Assembly (NCBI GenBank): GCA_018823125.1
Contig: JAHJIW010000010.1
Location: forward strand, 93,396-157,395
Length of the DNA stretch: 64,000 nucleotides
Reading direction: 5' to 3'
Origin: Candidatus Margulisiibacteriota bacterium
GTDB lineage: Bacteria; Margulisbacteria; WOR-1; JAHJIW01
Shown: positions 49,904-63,539 of the stretch, in pieces
How the letters are laid out: each line of letters opens with the position of its first letter
Numbering within the stretch: position 1 is the stretch's first letter
Notes under the pieces: generated by a model
Told to the model about the DNA's origin: nothing
The model's database searches: none
Seen by the model: only the letters and a program-made list of their open reading frames with translations
Position numbers and translations under genes: made by a program

Positions 49904-51418
49904 TTATTCTTCCTTCGTAAAAACGATATCTTCAGCTTGCTTCGCTTCGGGGCGCATGTGCGGGAATAAAATTACGTCTCGAATGGACGATGAATTGGTC
50001 ATCAGCATCACCAAGCGATCGATTCCGATGCCCAGTCCGCCCGCCGGCGGCATGCCGTATTCGAGCGCATTTAAATAATCCTCATCCATCGATTCGGTTT
50101 CCATATCGCCTTCGGCTTTGCGTTTTAGTTGTTCTTCGAAACGCGCTCTTTGATCCCGGGGATCATTTAATTCCGAAAATGCATTCGCAAGCTCCATCCC
50201 GGCCACCACTACTTCAAAACGTTCTACTAATCTATCATTTCCCCGTTTTTTCTTAGCCAAAGGCGAAGTTTCGATCGGGTAATCGGTAATAAAAGTAGGC
50301 TGAATGATATGGGGCTCGACAAACTTGTCATAAATTAAGTTGATCAGTTTACCTTTGCGCTCTTCTTCGTAGCCTTCGATGCCTTTACCCTTTAAATATT
50401 TATGCAATTCTTCTTCAGATAAATTAATATCGATCCCGGCATGCTCTTTTACTAAATCTGCTAAAGTCATTCTTTTCCAAGGAGCTTTAAAATCTAAATC
50501 AAAGTCTTTATATTTAACTTTAGTGGTGCCTAAAACATCGTTCATTACTTTTTCTACTAAAGCTTCGGTATTTTTCATGACTTCTTCATAGTCAACGTAG
50601 GCTTGATAAGCTTCGAGCATGGTATATTCGGGATTATGTTTGTAGGAGATGCCTTCGTTTCTAAAAGATTTACCGATTTCAAAAACTTTTTCTAAGCCTC
50701 CTACCAAAAGCCGCTTTAAATAAAGCTCGGGAGCAATCCGCATGTAAAGTTTCATGTCCAAAGCATTATGATAAGACTCAAACGGCCGCGCGGCGGCCCC
50801 ACCCGCCTGCACCTGCAGGATCGGAGTTTCCACTTCGATAAAACCTTGATCAATTAAAAACCGCCGAATCGCAGCAATAATGTTACTGCGGATAATGAAA
50901 AGGTCGCGCACCTCTGCGTTGGAAATTAAATCCACGTAACGCTGACGGTAACGAATCTCTTTATTGGTTAAACCGTGCCATTTTTCGGGCAGTGGGTGCA
51001 AAGATTTAGTTAATAAATTGAATTTATTAACCTTAACCGTAATTTCGCCGGTTTTGGTTTTAAAAACATGGCCGTCAATACCAATAAAGTCGCCAATATC
51101 TAGTTTTTGGAAAAGTTTAAAGCGATCATCGCCAATGACGTCTTTTTTAGCGTAAATCTGAATTTTTCCGTCACCATCTAAAATATGACCAAAACAAGTT
51201 TTTCCGTGACCACGCCGGGTGACAAACCGTCCGGCAATGCGTATTTCCTCTTTTGATTCTTCAGTAATATCGTTAAATTTATCTAAAACCTCTTTTGAAG
51301 TATGGGTTCGAGAATAACTATACGAGTAAGGAGTTTCCCCCGCCGCTTCAAATTCCTCAATTTTATCGTAGCGCTGTTTAATCAGTTCGCTTAATTCGGG
51401 GGAATCTTTCTTTTCCAT
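49904..51418 (-). CDS. lysS: lysine--tRNA ligase (canonical class II)
   Basis: Single OB domain, RIAPELYLKR, FRNEG, ELANAFSELND, GLGIGIDR. Confidence 0.97.
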   Translation of the reverse strand: MEKKDSPELSELIKQRYDKIEEFEAAGETPYSYSYSRTHTSKEVLDKFNDITEESKEEIRIAGRFVTRRGHGKTCFGHILDGDGKIQIYAKKDVIGDDRFKLFQKLDIGDFIGIDGHVFKTKTGEITVKVNKFNLLTKSLHPLPEKWHGLTNKEIRYRQRYVDLISNAEVRDLFIIRSNIIAAIRRFLIDQGFIEVETPILQVQAGGAAARPFESYHNALDMKLYMRIAPELYLKRLLVGGLEKVFEIGKSFRNEGISYKHNPEYTMLEAYQAYVDYEEVMKNTEALVEKVMNDVLGTTKVKYKDFDLDFKAPWKRMTLADLVKEHAGIDINLSEEELHKYLKGKGIEGYEEERKGKLINLIYDKFVEPHIIQPTFITDYPIETSPLAKKKRGNDRLVERFEVVVAGMELANAFSELNDPRDQRARFEEQLKRKAEGDMETESMDEDYLNALEYGMPPAGGLGIGIDRLVMLMTNSSSIRDVILFPHMRPEAKQAEDIVFTKEE

Positions 51419-51424
51419 GATGCT

Positions 51425-52135
51425 TTATCCTTTTTCTGCAGCAATCATCTGCAAACCTTTTAGAGTTAATAATTCGTCAATTATATCAAAATTCACTGCT
51501 TTTGATAGCATTCGAGCATATCCTCCGGTAGCCACTACCTTGGCCGGTCCCAACTCATGCTTAAAACGCTTAATTAACTCATTCACTAATCCGATATAAC
51601 CGATGTAAATACCAGCCTTCATGGCTTCGACGGTATCTTTGCCAATAGCCTTATCGGTGTCACTAATCATAATTTTGGGTAATTTTGCAGTTTTATCGTG
51701 CAGGGCATCTCTGGAAATTTCAATTCCCGGAGCAATGGCCCCACCCTGATAAGTCCCATCCTCGGATACCGCACAAAACGTGGTAGCCGTACCAAAATCA
51801 ACTACAATTGCCGGAGCACCATAAAGTTTTTGGGCGGCATACGCATTCACTAACCGGTCGATCCCGATTTCTTTTTTGTTAGTCAGGGCAATTTTCATCT
51901 TAATATCATTATGCTGCACAAAATGCGGCTCGATTTTTAATTTTTCAACTGCCAGATGTTCGATCTCATCTTCGCGGGACGGAACCACGGAAGCAACAAT
52001 AATCTTATCGATCTTTGCCCATTCGGTAACCGGAAGCTTGGAAGGACTCGGCGCCCGCCCGGATCGAACCAGATTCTTCCCGTCAAAAACCCCAAAAGTG
52101 ATCGACGTATTTCCGATATCTAATGCCAATAACAT
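51425..52135 (-). CDS. coaX: type III pantothenate kinase
   Basis: MLLALDIGNT, GIDRL, VDFGTATT, GGAIAPG, ATGG; start at ATG 52135, 7 nt after TATAAT. Confidence 0.93.
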   Translation of the reverse strand: MLLALDIGNTSITFGVFDGKNLVRSGRAPSPSKLPVTEWAKIDKIIVASVVPSREDEIEHLAVEKLKIEPHFVQHNDIKMKIALTNKKEIGIDRLVNAYAAQKLYGAPAIVVDFGTATTFCAVSEDGTYQGGAIAPGIEISRDALHDKTAKLPKIMISDTDKAIGKDTVEAMKAGIYIGYIGLVNELIKRFKHELGPAKVVATGGYARMLSKAVNFDIIDELLTLKGLQMIAAEKG

Positions 52136-52203
52136 GGGTAACATTATAGCTTGGAATGGGCTGGGAGGAAAGCAGGGTTTGGCTAAAATAATTGGCCTAA
52201 AAA

Positions 52204-52242
52204 GTGGAATTTTTAGAGTGAAAGTACGATAATAATGTAGAG
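52204..52242 (+). promoter_or_regulatory. sigma28-like promoter, copy E
   Basis: GTGGAATTT-N13-ACGATA-N7-AGAG. Confidence 0.65.
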
Positions 52243-52253
52243 GTTTCTAGAAA

Positions 52254-52439
52254 ATGAAGAAGATTAAACACGTTAATCACGCCAGTATATTAAAAGGAAT
52301 GGGATTAGGTGCCGCGGCAAGCATTTGTATTCTATTGATGGCAGCCATCGTTAAAACTCCGGTTTCTACTTCGGAAATAACTATTTTACTTTCACTACCC
52401 GTAGCCTTAGGCGCTTTTGTCGGGTACACAGTTACCTAA
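52254..52439 (+). CDS. small two-TM hypothetical protein
   Basis: 61 aa with two hydrophobic segments; preceded by promoter copy E and GAGG; 33-bp convergent overlap with rluD. Confidence 0.55.
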   Translation: MKKIKHVNHASILKGMGLGAAASICILLMAAIVKTPVSTSEITILLSLPVALGAFVGYTVT

Positions 52440-53327
52440 TATTTCTTCAAAATCCTTCGGTAATTTTGCTTCAAATTCAACCAATTGCTTAGTGCGTGGA
52501 TGATTGAACCCAATTTTTCGAGAATGCAGCATTTGCCGATGAGCACCCAGGTCGTTATTGCGTTTTCCGTAAAGTTGTTCTCCAACAATCGGATGTCCAA
52601 TATGATTTAAATGCACTCTGATCTGATGGGTGCGCCCGGTTTTAATCGCAACTTCAAGTAAAGCATACTTATCAAATGTATTTAGCACTTTATAATGTGA
52701 TACCGCTTCCCGATCTGATTTTTCTTCACTCAATACTGCCATTTTTTGACGCGCCACCGGATGACGGCCGTAAAAAGTTTTGATTTCACCGGACATATTT
52801 TTTAACTTGCCATGCACCAGGGCCCAATATACTTTTTGCACGGTGCGGTCCTTAAATTGCTGCATTAAAGCTTCCTGGGCTATATCATTTTTAGCCACGA
52901 CCATCGCACCGGAGGTATCTTTATCTAAACGATGTACAATTCCCGGTCGAACCGTTCCTGAAATGCCGGAAAAATCTTTAATATGGAACATCAGGGCATT
53001 AACCAAGGTTCCATCCCAGTTTCCGACCGCGGGATGCACTACCATTCCCGGAGCTTTGTTAACCACAATGATGTCCTGGTCCTCAAAAATAATATCCAGC
53101 GGTAAATCCTGGGGGATTATATCGATTTCTTTTAAAGGAGGAATCTCATAGGTAACTTTATCGCCAATTTTTAGCTTGTGGCTGGCTTTAGCCGGAGCAT
53201 TATTAACCTGAACCATTTTTTCCTTGATCAGTTTTTGGATGCGGGCCCGCGAAACATCTGCCTGCCCCTGCAAAAACTTATCTAGCCGGATATCGCTATT
53301 TTCTTCTGAAATTATGAATTCTTTCAT
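52407..53327 (-). CDS. rluD: RluA/RluD family pseudouridine synthase
   Basis: S4 domain, HRLDKDTSG, TGRTHQIRVH; ATG at 53327 overlaps the lgt stop (ATGA). Confidence 0.9.
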   Translation of the reverse strand: MKEFIISEENSDIRLDKFLQGQADVSRARIQKLIKEKMVQVNNAPAKASHKLKIGDKVTYEIPPLKEIDIIPQDLPLDIIFEDQDIIVVNKAPGMVVHPAVGNWDGTLVNALMFHIKDFSGISGTVRPGIVHRLDKDTSGAMVVAKNDIAQEALMQQFKDRTVQKVYWALVHGKLKNMSGEIKTFYGRHPVARQKMAVLSEEKSDREAVSHYKVLNTFDKYALLEVAIKTGRTHQIRVHLNHIGHPIVGEQLYGKRNNDLGAHRQMLHSRKIGFNHPRTKQLVEFEAKLPKDFEEILGNCVPDKSA

Positions 53328-54052
53328 GATTTTTTCCTCAGATAAAAGTAAAGCCAAATTGAGATTACTAAACCAATAACCGAAATGATCTGCGCCGAAG
53401 TTAAATTAAACAGCATTTTGGGATTAACACGAATAAATTCGATAAAAAATCGGTAAATATTATAGTAAATCAACCCGATACAAAAGATTTGTCCGTCAAA
53501 TTTCTTTTTGCCCAGCCAGAATAACAAGACAATAAACATGATAAAAGCAATGCCCGATGCATAAAGTTGAGTGGGATGACGCATGCCCGAAAGATAAGGA
53601 AACTTCACCGCCCAGGGAACATTGGTTACGCATCCGTAGCAACAACCGTTAAAAAAGCAGCCGATTCTGCCGATAGCGTAACCCAATACCATTCCGGGAG
53701 TAATTACATCAAAGAATTTCCAAAACGGTATTTTTTTGACAATCAAAAAGATGGCCACAGTGGCCAGACAAAAAACCAGTCCACCCTGAAGTACTAACCC
53801 ACCCCGCCAGATCATAAATGCTTCCCAGAAATTATTTAAATTACCCCAAAAGAAAACCACGTAGAAAAACCGCGCACCCACAATAGAAAAAATGATCACC
53901 AGCGCCGCTAAATCCCAAACTTTTTCGGTATAAAGCCCGTATTTCCTGATCAGATGGATATGGACCGCAATTCCTACAATAAAAGCCAGGGCTACAAAAA
54001 AGCCGTAGGCATGGATATTGATCGGCCCCCAACTAAGCAGTGTAGGATACAT
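53324..54052 (-). CDS. lgt: prolipoprotein diacylglyceryl transferase
   Basis: GARFFYV, GRIGCFFNGCCYG, RHPTQLY, RFFIEFIR. Confidence 0.92.
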   Translation of the reverse strand: MYPTLLSWGPINIHAYGFFVALAFIVGIAVHIHLIRKYGLYTEKVWDLAALVIIFSIVGARFFYVVFFWGNLNNFWEAFMIWRGGLVLQGGLVFCLATVAIFLIVKKIPFWKFFDVITPGMVLGYAIGRIGCFFNGCCYGCVTNVPWAVKFPYLSGMRHPTQLYASGIAFIMFIVLLFWLGKKKFDGQIFCIGLIYYNIYRFFIEFIRVNPKMLFNLTSAQIISVIGLVISIWLYFYLRKKS

Positions 54053-54506
54053 TCTTTTTATCCTTTCTGAACAAAAGCATTAAAATCAAGATAAATATTC
54101 CAATGTTAATAAAGGTATCGGCAAAGTTAAATACCGGCCAAAATCTAAAATCGATAAAATCAACCACAAACCCGCGCGTCAGGCGGTCCAATAGATTTCC
54201 TATACTGCCGCCAAAAATAAAACCCAAAACGATTTGATAAAGCTGGTCGGCCGGAGAAAGTTTAAGGTGAAAAAAGAAAACCACCGCCAAAACTACAATC
54301 CCTGCTCCCAATAAAAACACATTAGAACCTTTTAGAATCCCGAAAGCCGCCCCCGTATTTTGCACGTAGGTCAAATGTAAAATGTTCTTAATTAACGGGA
54401 TAGACTGATTGGGAAACATCTGCCAGACCACTAAGCGTTTGGCGATTTGATCCAGCAAAAAAATCAGCAGGGCTGAAAAATAAAAGAACAGACTGGCTTT
54501 TTTCAT
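54033..54506 (-). CDS. lspA: signal peptidase II
   Basis: QNTGAAFG, GSIGNLLDR, VVDFI, PVFNFAD. Confidence 0.93.
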   Translation of the reverse strand: MKKASLFFYFSALLIFLLDQIAKRLVVWQMFPNQSIPLIKNILHLTYVQNTGAAFGILKGSNVFLLGAGIVVLAVVFFFHLKLSPADQLYQIVLGFIFGGSIGNLLDRLTRGFVVDFIDFRFWPVFNFADTFINIGIFILILMLLFRKDKKNVSYTA

Positions 54507-54826
54507 CTAAGCATTGACTTACCTTCGGAAAGGTAACTGTTGACCATCTCAACAATTTGAGCAATGTAGTAACCAATAAACGGGAGGTCAATCATTTTAG
54601 ATAAGAAAAATAAAACCAGGGCTACGATTACGGTCATGCCTACCGCAATTCCAAAACCGCGGGCGATCCCGGCTAAAAAATTAAACCAGATAAATTTGAC
54701 CGGACGGGAAAACATAGCCGCGTATTCATCAAAACGGGCTTTTTCCATATGCGCCGCAAGTTTCGCAACATTACGGTTCAGATGATGGATTAAGCTTACT
54801 TCGTCTTGCGGTTTTTTCTCAGCCAT
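54503..54826 (-). CDS. DUF5665-like membrane protein
   Basis: NFLAGIARGFGIAVG motif. Confidence 0.7.
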   Translation of the reverse strand: MAEKKPQDEVSLIHHLNRNVAKLAAHMEKARFDEYAAMFSRPVKFIWFNFLAGIARGFGIAVGMTVIVALVLFFLSKMIDLPFIGYYIAQIVEMVNSYLSEGKSMLR

Positions 54827-54851
54827 GTATTTACTCCTTTCGATCCTCGAC

Positions 54852-58930
<4,079 letters not shown>

Positions 58931-58979
58931 TCTAATCCCTCAAATTTGGCTTGATTGTGCGCAAAGAAAGGCTATTTTA

Positions 58980-61121
58980 TCACGAAGGAGAAGCTACCGG
59001 CAAGTAAACGGTGAAGGTGGTCCCCTCGCCAACGATCGAGTCAACCGCGATCGAACCTTTATGTTCCTCAACGATCTTCTGGGTAATCGCTAAACCCAGC
59101 CCGGTACCGGCTTCTTTGGTCGTAAAGAAGGGGTTGAAAATTTCTTTTAGTCTTTCTTTAGCAATTCCCATGCCGGTATCGGTAATTTTTAATGCTACCC
59201 GGGCTCCCATGTCATCCGCTGAGATGGTTAGCTCTCCTCCCCTGCGCATGGCCTGAATCGCGTTACCTACCAGATTTAATAAAACCTGCATCATGCGGTT
59301 TTTGTCTCCCATAACCTGCGGAAGATCCTTGGGAAGCTGTTTTTTAACCGTAACTGAGTTTTTGCGGGCTTCATAACTGGTAACGGTGATCGCCTTATCA
59401 ATCGATTCTTCTAGGTTAAGCGGAATTAGTTTTAACTCGTGCTGCCTTGAATATTCAAGTAGTCCCTCCACAATACTGCGCATGCGGGTAACTTCTTCGG
59501 GCAGCATTTTCATGGTAGTTTCTTTAAACTGGGCATCATCCCACTTAAGCGGCATCATTTGTGAAACGGTTTGAATAAACGCCAACGGATTTTTAAGTTC
59601 GTGAACGATACCGGCGGCCATGGTTCCCAGCGCCGCCATCTTTTCGGATTTCATTATAATGTCGCGGCTCTTCACTTGTTCGTCATATAATATGGAGTTT
59701 TCTAGAGCAACCGCCGCCTGGTTGGATAAGGTACGCAGTAACTCTAAATCATCACTAGTATACCTATCCTGAGATTTCTTATCGCCCAACGCAATGATGC
59801 CAATCAGCTTTCTTCCCAAATGTTTACCTTTTGAAAAGGCTGGAACAATTACCTCGGCCTTAAACTTATCCATCTCCTCTTTTAATTGAATCAGTCGATT
59901 TTTTTCATTCTCAGCCATGCCTTCCGCGCTGATACGATGAACGATCTCATCCCGAATGATCATGTCCTCAGTTTTATTTAACTCATCAATAATGGCATAG
60001 TTTTCGCTGATAGATACTCCTTTGAGATTTTCTACATTACCCACCACCGCCACAATTACGTATCTTTTTGATTTTTCGTTATGGATTAATGCGAGTGCCC
60101 CTTCTAAGCGCATAATTCTGGTTACCAATCGAACAATCAAATCAACTAAACGGTCTAAATTAGTAAGGTGGGCCATCGCTCCTGAAATGTCTTTCAGCGC
60201 CTTCTGGTAGTTATATTTTTTTCTAAAGAAAATCTTGTCGGTTGATTGGGTAATAAACTCCTCGAGCGGTTTAAATCCTACCGCAATGGCAACGGCGGCA
60301 ATAAAAGTTAATACCCAGTTATTAATCGGCAAAATACCTTGTAGTAATGTTCTGGCGGCAATGATTATTCCGGAATATACTGCTGCTACAAAGATAATGA
60401 GCGCGGAGTAAATAATACCTTTGCGGATGATGACTTCGATGTCCATCAAGCGGTGTTTAACGATGGCGTAGGCCATAAAAAAGACTAAAATTAGTGGGCC
60501 TATTGGCCCAATGAATTCCGTTCTCGAATAATGAAAAAATACTGGCAAAAGCAAACTAAAAGTCGCCCCGATACTATAAGCAATTACTAATCCTATTAGC
60601 ACATACTTCAATTGATTTTTTTCTACACTTGAACCAGAAACCCTATATTTCCTGAGAAGATTAAAAAAGCTATAAAGCACAAACACACAAAAATACAATG
60701 CAAAAATTGAATAAAAGAAACCAAAATCAATATATCTTATGCCATGAGTTACTGTAATACCTTTTACATAGAGATTAGTAAAGGAAAGCGAAGTAAAAAA
60801 TAGCCCAATCGCATAAACAAAAATTGTTCTTTTAATATCTATGTGCCCACTACTATTGGGAAAATACCACGAGAACAATACCAAAGTAGGCGGATGTAAG
60901 GAAGCGAAGAAAATTGCTAGTTTATAAGCAAAACTAGGATCGTAAAAAAACAGGGTATGATATTCTAATAATAAATTTGCCCCCGCATATCCAGTTATAA
61001 ATAAGCTTAAAAGAAAGAAAATTCTATTTACAATATTACGAGGACCTTTAATTAATACAAATAAACCAATAGCAAATGACAAAATCGCGGACAAAAATTG
61101 ATAATAAATAATTAGATTCAT
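58980..61121 (-). CDS. 7TM-GAF sensor histidine kinase
   Basis: N-terminal 7TM region, HRLMDI linker, GAF-like segment, H-box HELKNPL, N-box NAIQA, GTGLGL. Confidence 0.9.
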   Translation of the reverse strand: MNLIIYYQFLSAILSFAIGLFVLIKGPRNIVNRIFFLLSLFITGYAGANLLLEYHTLFFYDPSFAYKLAIFFASLHPPTLVLFSWYFPNSSGHIDIKRTIFVYAIGLFFTSLSFTNLYVKGITVTHGIRYIDFGFFYSIFALYFCVFVLYSFFNLLRKYRVSGSSVEKNQLKYVLIGLVIAYSIGATFSLLLPVFFHYSRTEFIGPIGPLILVFFMAYAIVKHRLMDIEVIIRKGIIYSALIIFVAAVYSGIIIAARTLLQGILPINNWVLTFIAAVAIAVGFKPLEEFITQSTDKIFFRKKYNYQKALKDISGAMAHLTNLDRLVDLIVRLVTRIMRLEGALALIHNEKSKRYVIVAVVGNVENLKGVSISENYAIIDELNKTEDMIIRDEIVHRISAEGMAENEKNRLIQLKEEMDKFKAEVIVPAFSKGKHLGRKLIGIIALGDKKSQDRYTSDDLELLRTLSNQAAVALENSILYDEQVKSRDIIMKSEKMAALGTMAAGIVHELKNPLAFIQTVSQMMPLKWDDAQFKETTMKMLPEEVTRMRSIVEGLLEYSRQHELKLIPLNLEESIDKAITVTSYEARKNSVTVKKQLPKDLPQVMGDKNRMMQVLLNLVGNAIQAMRRGGELTISADDMGARVALKITDTGMGIAKERLKEIFNPFFTTKEAGTGLGLAITQKIVEEHKGSIAVDSIVGEGTTFTVYLPVASPS

Positions 61122-61122
61122 C

Positions 61123-62166
61123 TTACCATTTTATTAAATTCGCACCATACATCCATCCTGCCCCAGCAGCTACCAAAAGAACTAAATCGCCTTTTTTGAA
61201 CTTATTTTCTTTATTGGCCATATCTAGAGAGATTGGCAAACAGGCATCTGCAGTATCACCAATATTATCGAAATGAATAATCATTTTTTCATACGGATAA
61301 TCAATATCTTTTGCAAAACGTCGAACAAGTGGCAAAGTTGGCTGATGAGGAATTATCCAGTCTATCTTATCGAGATTATTTTTGCTTTTAGATAAAATCA
61401 TATTTGTTGCCTTCTTCATAAACCTTGGAGTAAGTCCCACAATCAATCTTAAATTTAGATCCCAGAAATGCAATCCATTCTTTATCGTTTCTTCAGTTGG
61501 CCTCATTTTTGAACCACTATCATGTAAAAACAAAGGATTTCTTTTGCCATCGCTACCAATATAACTACAAAGAACGCCCCCGTCATCATTATGGCTTGCC
61601 TTCAAAACCAGCGCGCCCGCACCATCACCAAAAATCGTTGCATTAATGGCTTGTCCCTCAATACATTTGGGATGAGAAAAATCAAGATATGGAGACAATA
61701 CTTCACTTCCAGTTACTAAAGCTGTATTAAAAAAACCATTCTCAATAAATTGAGTAGCAACGGTCAAAGCATGTGCAAATCCTCCGCAACCAGAAAGAAT
61801 GCCTATAGCATCTGCATTTTTTGCTTTTAACAATTCTTGAACCTGACAAGCCATATTTGGGATAGAATAATCAGGTGAAGCGGTTGCCGTAACAATTAAA
61901 TCTAAGTCTTCCGCCTTCATATTGGCAGCATCAAGCGCTCTTTTTGCAGCTTGAGTAGTAAGTTCTGAATTAGTAAAAGCAACCTCATTCGTATCTAAAT
62001 TTCTAACAAAATACCGCGTTTTTACTCCAATGCTTTTTAAATTTTCTTCCAAGTTTATTTGCGGAAAATATTTCTTCATATCTTCTGTAGAGTATTTATT
62101 GGGCGGCAAAAACGATCCCGTTCCAACGATTTCAGCAAACAGCTTTTTATTTATTTCTTTTCGCAA
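61123..62166 (-). CDS. FabH-like (KAS III family) condensing enzyme, atypical
   Basis: GTGSFLP, SGCGGF (Cys), FGDGAGA, PHQ (His), GDTADA at the GNTSAA position, GAGWMYG; TTG start at 62166 after GAGGGGG. Confidence 0.85.
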   Translation of the reverse strand: MRKEINKKLFAEIVGTGSFLPPNKYSTEDMKKYFPQINLEENLKSIGVKTRYFVRNLDTNEVAFTNSELTTQAAKRALDAANMKAEDLDLIVTATASPDYSIPNMACQVQELLKAKNADAIGILSGCGGFAHALTVATQFIENGFFNTALVTGSEVLSPYLDFSHPKCIEGQAINATIFGDGAGALVLKASHNDDGGVLCSYIGSDGKRNPLFLHDSGSKMRPTEETIKNGLHFWDLNLRLIVGLTPRFMKKATNMILSKSKNNLDKIDWIIPHQPTLPLVRRFAKDIDYPYEKMIIHFDNIGDTADACLPISLDMANKENKFKKGDLVLLVAAGAGWMYGANLIKW

Positions 62167-62453
62167 TAATTCTCCCCCTCTCTGCTGCATTTTTGGTTTT
62201 AAAGCACCAAAAACTAAATCAATTATCTCATAAAAATATTCGCTTATCAAGAAACGACAGAAACGACAAGGCAATACGAAAATAATTTTAAAATTCGTCC
62301 GTTCATAAATATAATGCCTTCTCTTAATTGCTAAGAATCATTTAATCAAGAAATAAAACACCCAAATTTTACTATATAATATCCTGAGTATCTTGATAAC
62401 AGCAATAACTTGAGAATTACAGACTAAAAAGAGTATAATAATTAAACTTTAAA

Positions 62454-63515
62454 ATGTTATTTAATCTCATTATTAACACAAGTAAAATTTCTCCTTTTAT
62501 TGCCTTTCTGGTAAGTGCTTTTCTTGGAATATGGATATATTCATATAATCGAAAAAGCATAAAGAATATTCTTTTTGCATTATTTAGCTTTGATCTCGCA
62601 ATTTGGGCACTTTGTTGCTATATACAAAGCAACACAAAAAACTATGGAATCGCTTTATTGTCCGATCAAATACTATATTCCGTAGCAGCTTTTGCCCCAG
62701 CTCTTTTCATTCACTGCATTTCATTTTTTACTCAAAGAGAACGGAAAGGAATAATATCATTTAGCTACCTTCTAGGCTTTATATTTTTCATAATGAATTG
62801 GTTTCCAATTTTCAGATCGGGAGTAGCTCTCAATTTTGGAATGAGGTTCGTAACTATTCCAAACATTGGCTGGTATCTTTATCTTTTAGCCTACTCAATT
62901 ATTATTCTGATTGCTATATTGGATTTAATAAAAGCAATTATCAGTAAAACTGGCAAAGAAAGACAACAATTAATCCATGTCTCATTGGCATTTATAGTTT
63001 TATTAGCCGGAGGACAAAGTTATTTTATATTAATCATTAACAAATTTAATTACTTAATTGATAGTATACTAAATTTATCGTCTTCTATTTTACTCGCCTT
63101 ATATAGCATAATAATTACGCTTATTATCATCCGCCACCGCCTCATGGATATTAACGTTGTTATTAAGAAAGGACTAGTTTACTCAACCATCATCGCCATA
63201 TTTACCGGCCTATACCTCGTCGCTATATATCTAATCAGTCAACTTTTCGGCAATATCCTTGGCGTCGGATCCCTTTGGATTGCAGCAATCTTAATTTTCA
63301 TCTTTGCCCTACTCTTTCAGCCGCTGAAGAACAAAATCAACCAAATTATCGATAAACTCTTCTTCAAAAGTAGTTATGAATATCATACTGCACTAAAAAA
63401 TATCAGCAAAAAGGTTGCCATGGCAACAAATTTAGAAGAGTTAGACAACCTTTTATCTAAAGAAGTAAACTCCATATTAAAAGTGAACCATATAAAAATT
63501 CAAAAATTTATTTGA
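62454..63515 (+). CDS. 7TM receptor-like protein with no kinase domain
   Basis: 7TM region plus RHRLMDINVVIKKG..YS and FFKSSYEY as in the 58980 kinase, but stops before GAF/HisKA. Confidence 0.8.
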   Translation: MLFNLIINTSKISPFIAFLVSAFLGIWIYSYNRKSIKNILFALFSFDLAIWALCCYIQSNTKNYGIALLSDQILYSVAAFAPALFIHCISFFTQRERKGIISFSYLLGFIFFIMNWFPIFRSGVALNFGMRFVTIPNIGWYLYLLAYSIIILIAILDLIKAIISKTGKERQQLIHVSLAFIVLLAGGQSYFILIINKFNYLIDSILNLSSSILLALYSIIITLIIIRHRLMDINVVIKKGLVYSTIIAIFTGLYLVAIYLISQLFGNILGVGSLWIAAILIFIFALLFQPLKNKINQIIDKLFFKSSYEYHTALKNISKKVAMATNLEELDNLLSKEVNSILKVNHIKIQKFI

Positions 63516-63539
63516 GCTGAAAACAATAAGGCTATAAAA

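Noticed and set aside
58931-58979. T-box upstream of ileS (also checked for lysS) and SAH riboswitch upstream of ahcY
   Set aside because: The intergenic spacers are only about 6-50 nt, too short for these elements.
60420-63190. Shufflon-like inversion swapping 7TM sensor domains
   Set aside because: The inverted HRLMDI regions match at protein level but are synonymously diverged in DNA (only short identities such as CACCGC and ATGGA), and no recombinase is seen.
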